From positions 1 through 27,887 of the IMG/VR virus record IMGVR_UViG_3300017903_000590: DNA of 27,887 nucleotides. One strand, 5' to 3'. The DNA comes from a virus. Its lineage: Duplodnaviria > Caudoviricetes. Under the pieces are notes generated by a model. That model searched no databases and was not told the DNA's origin. It saw only the letters and a program-made list of their open reading frames with translations. The translations under genes were made by a program, and so were the position numbers. Numbering within the stretch: the first letter of the stretch is position 1; every line of letters starts with the position of its first letter. This document shows positions 25,612 to 27,887 of the stretch, in pieces.

Positions 25612-25620
25612 TTGCCTATC

Positions 25621-27887
25621 CTATAATTGATACCTTATAATTACAATACCAGAGCCACCGTTTGCTCCACTTGAACCACCACCGCCGCCTGTATTTGCTG
25701 AACCTGCTGAACCGTTGTTACCGCCTCCGCCAGAACCACCGTTTCCACCTGTTCCGCCGTTAGTGTGTCCACCACCACCGCCTGCGTATGTTACAGATGA
25801 ACCAGTAATAGAATATGCTAATCCGTCACCACCGTCACCTGCTCTAAATGTTGACCCATATACTGATAAAGGTGATTCACCCACTTCACTAGCTCCGCCG
25901 CCGCCGCCACCACGAAATTGACCTGAAACATTAAATCCACCATCACCGCCTGCAAAACCTTGACCAGATGTTCCTGCACCTCCTGCACTCGATCCACCTG
26001 CGGAAGTGTTACCACCACCTCCACCGCCAGAGCCGCCAGAATTACCTTGACCAGTACCATTTCCAGGGTAGCAACCACCAGAACCGCCACCAACAGCAGT
26101 TGTTAATGACAAACTTCCTACAGAACTATTACCACCATCTGTATTTGTTCTTGGCGCATAAGTAGGTGAGCCAGTACCACCTGCTCCAACTGTTACTGCA
26201 TAAGTACCAGAAGATATTGAAACTGCTGAACCTGTAGGTGTTTTAGGTGTTTCTGCTCCATAATAAATAAGTCCACCTGCACCTGCACCACCACCTTCAC
26301 CACCGCTAGAACCTCCGCCGCCACCTCCTGCAACAATCAAAATTTCTGCTGATAACGCAGTTGATGTTACAAAGTTAGCAGATGAAGTAAAACTATGTAT
26401 TCTATATCCACCAGAATTTGAAATAGTACCGCCTGTTGGTAAAGCTAATACTGTAACACTTTGTGTGCCAGAACTAGCATTATCACTATTAGTAACTTTA
26501 ATAGTTACTGTATCACCTGCTGAAACAGCACTATCTAATGCACTTGGTGTTGTAACTGTAGCCGAAGTATCACTTGATGGTGTTACTGTCACTGTTCTAT
26601 CAGTTGAACTGTGAGTAAAAGTAACTACTAAATTAGAAGTTAAAAATCCAGTACCTGCTAAAGTAAAAGTTGTTGATGTTGCTGCGTAGTAATTTCCAGT
26701 AACACCAGTTAATGTAGGAATAACTGAAGAAACTTTATACCATGTAGAACCATCAGAATACATTACTGCTGCTTTATCAGTATCGTATCTTATTTGACCT
26801 GCATCTGCTGATGGCTGTTGTGCTGTTGAGCCTACTGGCAATCCAAATGAAGTATTGTTTGCTCCTAAATCTATTGTGTTTCCATTACCATCCAGGTCAG
26901 CTCCTAATTGTGGAGATAGATCCGAAACTAAATCTGTATTAACTGTAGCCCAGGATGAATTAGTTCCATCAGTAGTTAAAAATTTACCAGCATTACTTGT
27001 TTGTGTTGGTGTAATCTCATCAAAACTTTTTGGTACAAAATTTGTTCCATCGTATCTTAATAAATCATTAGTTGCTAAACCAGTTGTGTTTACATCATTA
27101 GCATCATTAATAGAAAAGTTTGCAAGTTCAAATGTTCCATAGGCCACGATTTGTAAAATATCATTTAGAGCAGCTCCAGAATTTAGGACCACACTTGTAC
27201 CATTAGTAGCGACATAGTCATTGGATGCACCCGAAACTAATTTTATTCCGTTTAGATAAATGTCAACAAACCCGGCATCGTAGGATAAAGTGTTTGAATT
27301 ATCATCAGAACCACTAAATGTAGTTTGTCCAGCAGTTGCTGTGTATTGATACCTCTGTGCAGTTCCGTTAACAGCAGACGCAGCCGTAATCCACCCGGAT
27401 GACGAATAGACTTTCATTACATTGTTTGTTGTGTCAAACCATAAATCTCCAATATCAAGACTTGTTGTTGGAGCTGTTGCAGAAATACGATAAGTCTCAG
27501 CAAAATTATTTACATCACTAAGATTTGTAGCAACTGTATTAACATTAGTTATTGAACCTCCAACATTATTAACATTAGTAATATTAGTAGCTACTGTATT
27601 TATACTAGAAATATTTGTAGTTACTGTATTTATATTACTAATTGATCCAGCAACAGTTGTTATATTAGCATCATTACTTGCTACTGTAGTTACATTACTA
27701 GAAATACCAGAAACAGTAGAAATATCAGAGCTTATTCCAGCAACTGTTCCTATATTGTTTGTTGGTGATATTTGACCAGCGACTGTTGTAATGTTTGTAT
27801 TATTATTAGCAACAGTATTAATATTAGTAGAGTTAGAGGCTACAGTATTAATATTTGACTGCATCGCTGCAACAAAAGTAACATTTC
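25621..27887 (-). CDS. Tail fibre / receptor-binding protein 1, 5'-truncated by the window edge
   Basis: Frame stays open beyond the tracked Met at 27864; 10-aa repeats, GDLWFD, ATAGQTTF...VDIYLNGIKL, DLSPQLGADLD, and a Gly-rich tip ending GSGIVIIRY. Confidence 0.88.
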   Translation of the reverse strand, partial: NVTFVAAMQSNINTVASNSTNINTVANNNTNITTVAGQISPTNNIGTVAGISSDISTVSGISSNVTTVASNDANITTVAGSISNINTVTTNISSINTVATNITNVNNVGGSITNVNTVATNLSDVNNFAETYRISATAPTTSLDIGDLWFDTTNNVMKVYSSSGWITAASAVNGTAQRYQYTATAGQTTFSGSDDNSNTLSYDAGFVDIYLNGIKLVSGASNDYVATNGTSVVLNSGAALNDILQIVAYGTFELANFSINDANDVNTTGLATNDLLRYDGTNFVPKSFDEITPTQTSNAGKFLTTDGTNSSWATVNTDLVSDLSPQLGADLDGNGNTIDLGANNTSFGLPVGSTAQQPSADAGQIRYDTDKAAVMYSDGSTWYKVSSVIPTLTGVTGNYYAATSTTFTLAGTGFLTSNLVVTFTHSSTDRTVTVTPSSDTSATVTTPSALDSAVSAGDTVTIKVTNSDNASSGTQSVTVLALPTGGTISNSGGYRIHSFTSSANFVTSTALSAEILIVAGGGGGGSSGGEGGGAGAGGLIYYGAETPKTPTGSAVSISSGTYAVTVGAGGTGSPTYAPRTNTDGGNSSVGSLSLTTAVGGGSGGCYPGNGTGQGNSGGSGGGGGGNTSAGGSSAGGAGTSGQGFAGGDGGFNVSGQFRGGGGGGASEVGESPLSVYGSTFRAGDGGDGLAYSITGSSVTYAGGGGGHTNGGTGGNGGSGGGGNNGSAGSANTGGGGGSSGANGGSGIVIIRYQL
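27499..27887 (-). repeat. About 12-13 degenerate 10-aa (30-nt) repeats in the fibre shaft
   Basis: Consensus [ST]N[IV][NT]TVA[GST][NS]I, e.g. SNINTVASNS TNINTVANNN ... TNVNTVATNL. Confidence 0.85.

Larger units (their letters stand above)
1..27887. mobile_element. Podovirus genome fragment (HTVC010P/BPP-1-like architecture, probable alphaproteobacterial host)
   Basis: Contiguous portal, scaffold, capsid, tail tube, terminase, lysis and fibre genes with overlapping stop/start codons and no host housekeeping genes. GANTC is almost absent. Confidence 0.95.

Noticed and set aside
23798-26093. Same-strand alternative-frame ORFs 23798-24082, 25302-25565 and 25818-26093 (also 4293, 11891, 18844)
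   Set aside because: The Val-rich ones are by-products of GGT-rich glycine codons; all are nested in better-supported genes and I saw no independent evidence for them.
23619-27887. Diversity-generating retroelement or invertase shufflon acting on the fibres
   Set aside because: No reverse transcriptase, no template/variable repeat pair differing at adenines, and no inverted fibre cassettes or flanking inverted repeats were seen.
27499-27887. CRISPR-like array in the 30-nt periodic region
   Set aside because: The repeats are degenerate, in-frame and protein-coding, with no repeat-spacer alternation.

Overview
The whole window is a roughly 28 kb, AT-rich fragment of a tailed dsDNA podovirus. 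Its gene content and order resemble Pelagibacter phage HTVC010P-like and BPP-1-like phages; this comes from my recognition of the families, not from a database search. The minus strand carries a late and replication arm: RHH regulator, DUF3310, a stand-alone DnaA domain IV protein, HTH replication initiator, SSB-tail protein, TerS, C5 DNA methyltransferase, TerL, Hjc-type resolvase, GNAT protein, seven small ORFs (mostly basic), portal, scaffold, major capsid, tail adaptor and nozzle, and ejection proteins running off the left edge. A short plus-strand early arm encodes a serine recombinase, YqaJ exonuclease, ERF annealase and a LexA DNA-binding domain. A second minus-strand block holds two Gly-rich tail fibres and the lysis cassette. 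No DNA or RNA polymerase, tRNA, CRISPR array or reverse transcriptase was seen. The most notable observations are: (1) a promoter-delimited capsid mRNA leader with two copies of the same asymmetric internal loop (GAYAAC/GCC) plus an alternative fold; (2) near-total avoidance of GANTC, ACGT, CCGC, GCGC and CGCG, with CCGC and GCGC appearing only in the distal domain of one tail fibre, which suggests a recent domain swap; (3) a methyltransferase with four tandem TRD-like modules; (4) a GNAT gene directly upstream of Gly-initiated and Lys-rich microproteins, three of which share an RNP motif. All motif counts are from reading by eye and should be confirmed computationally.
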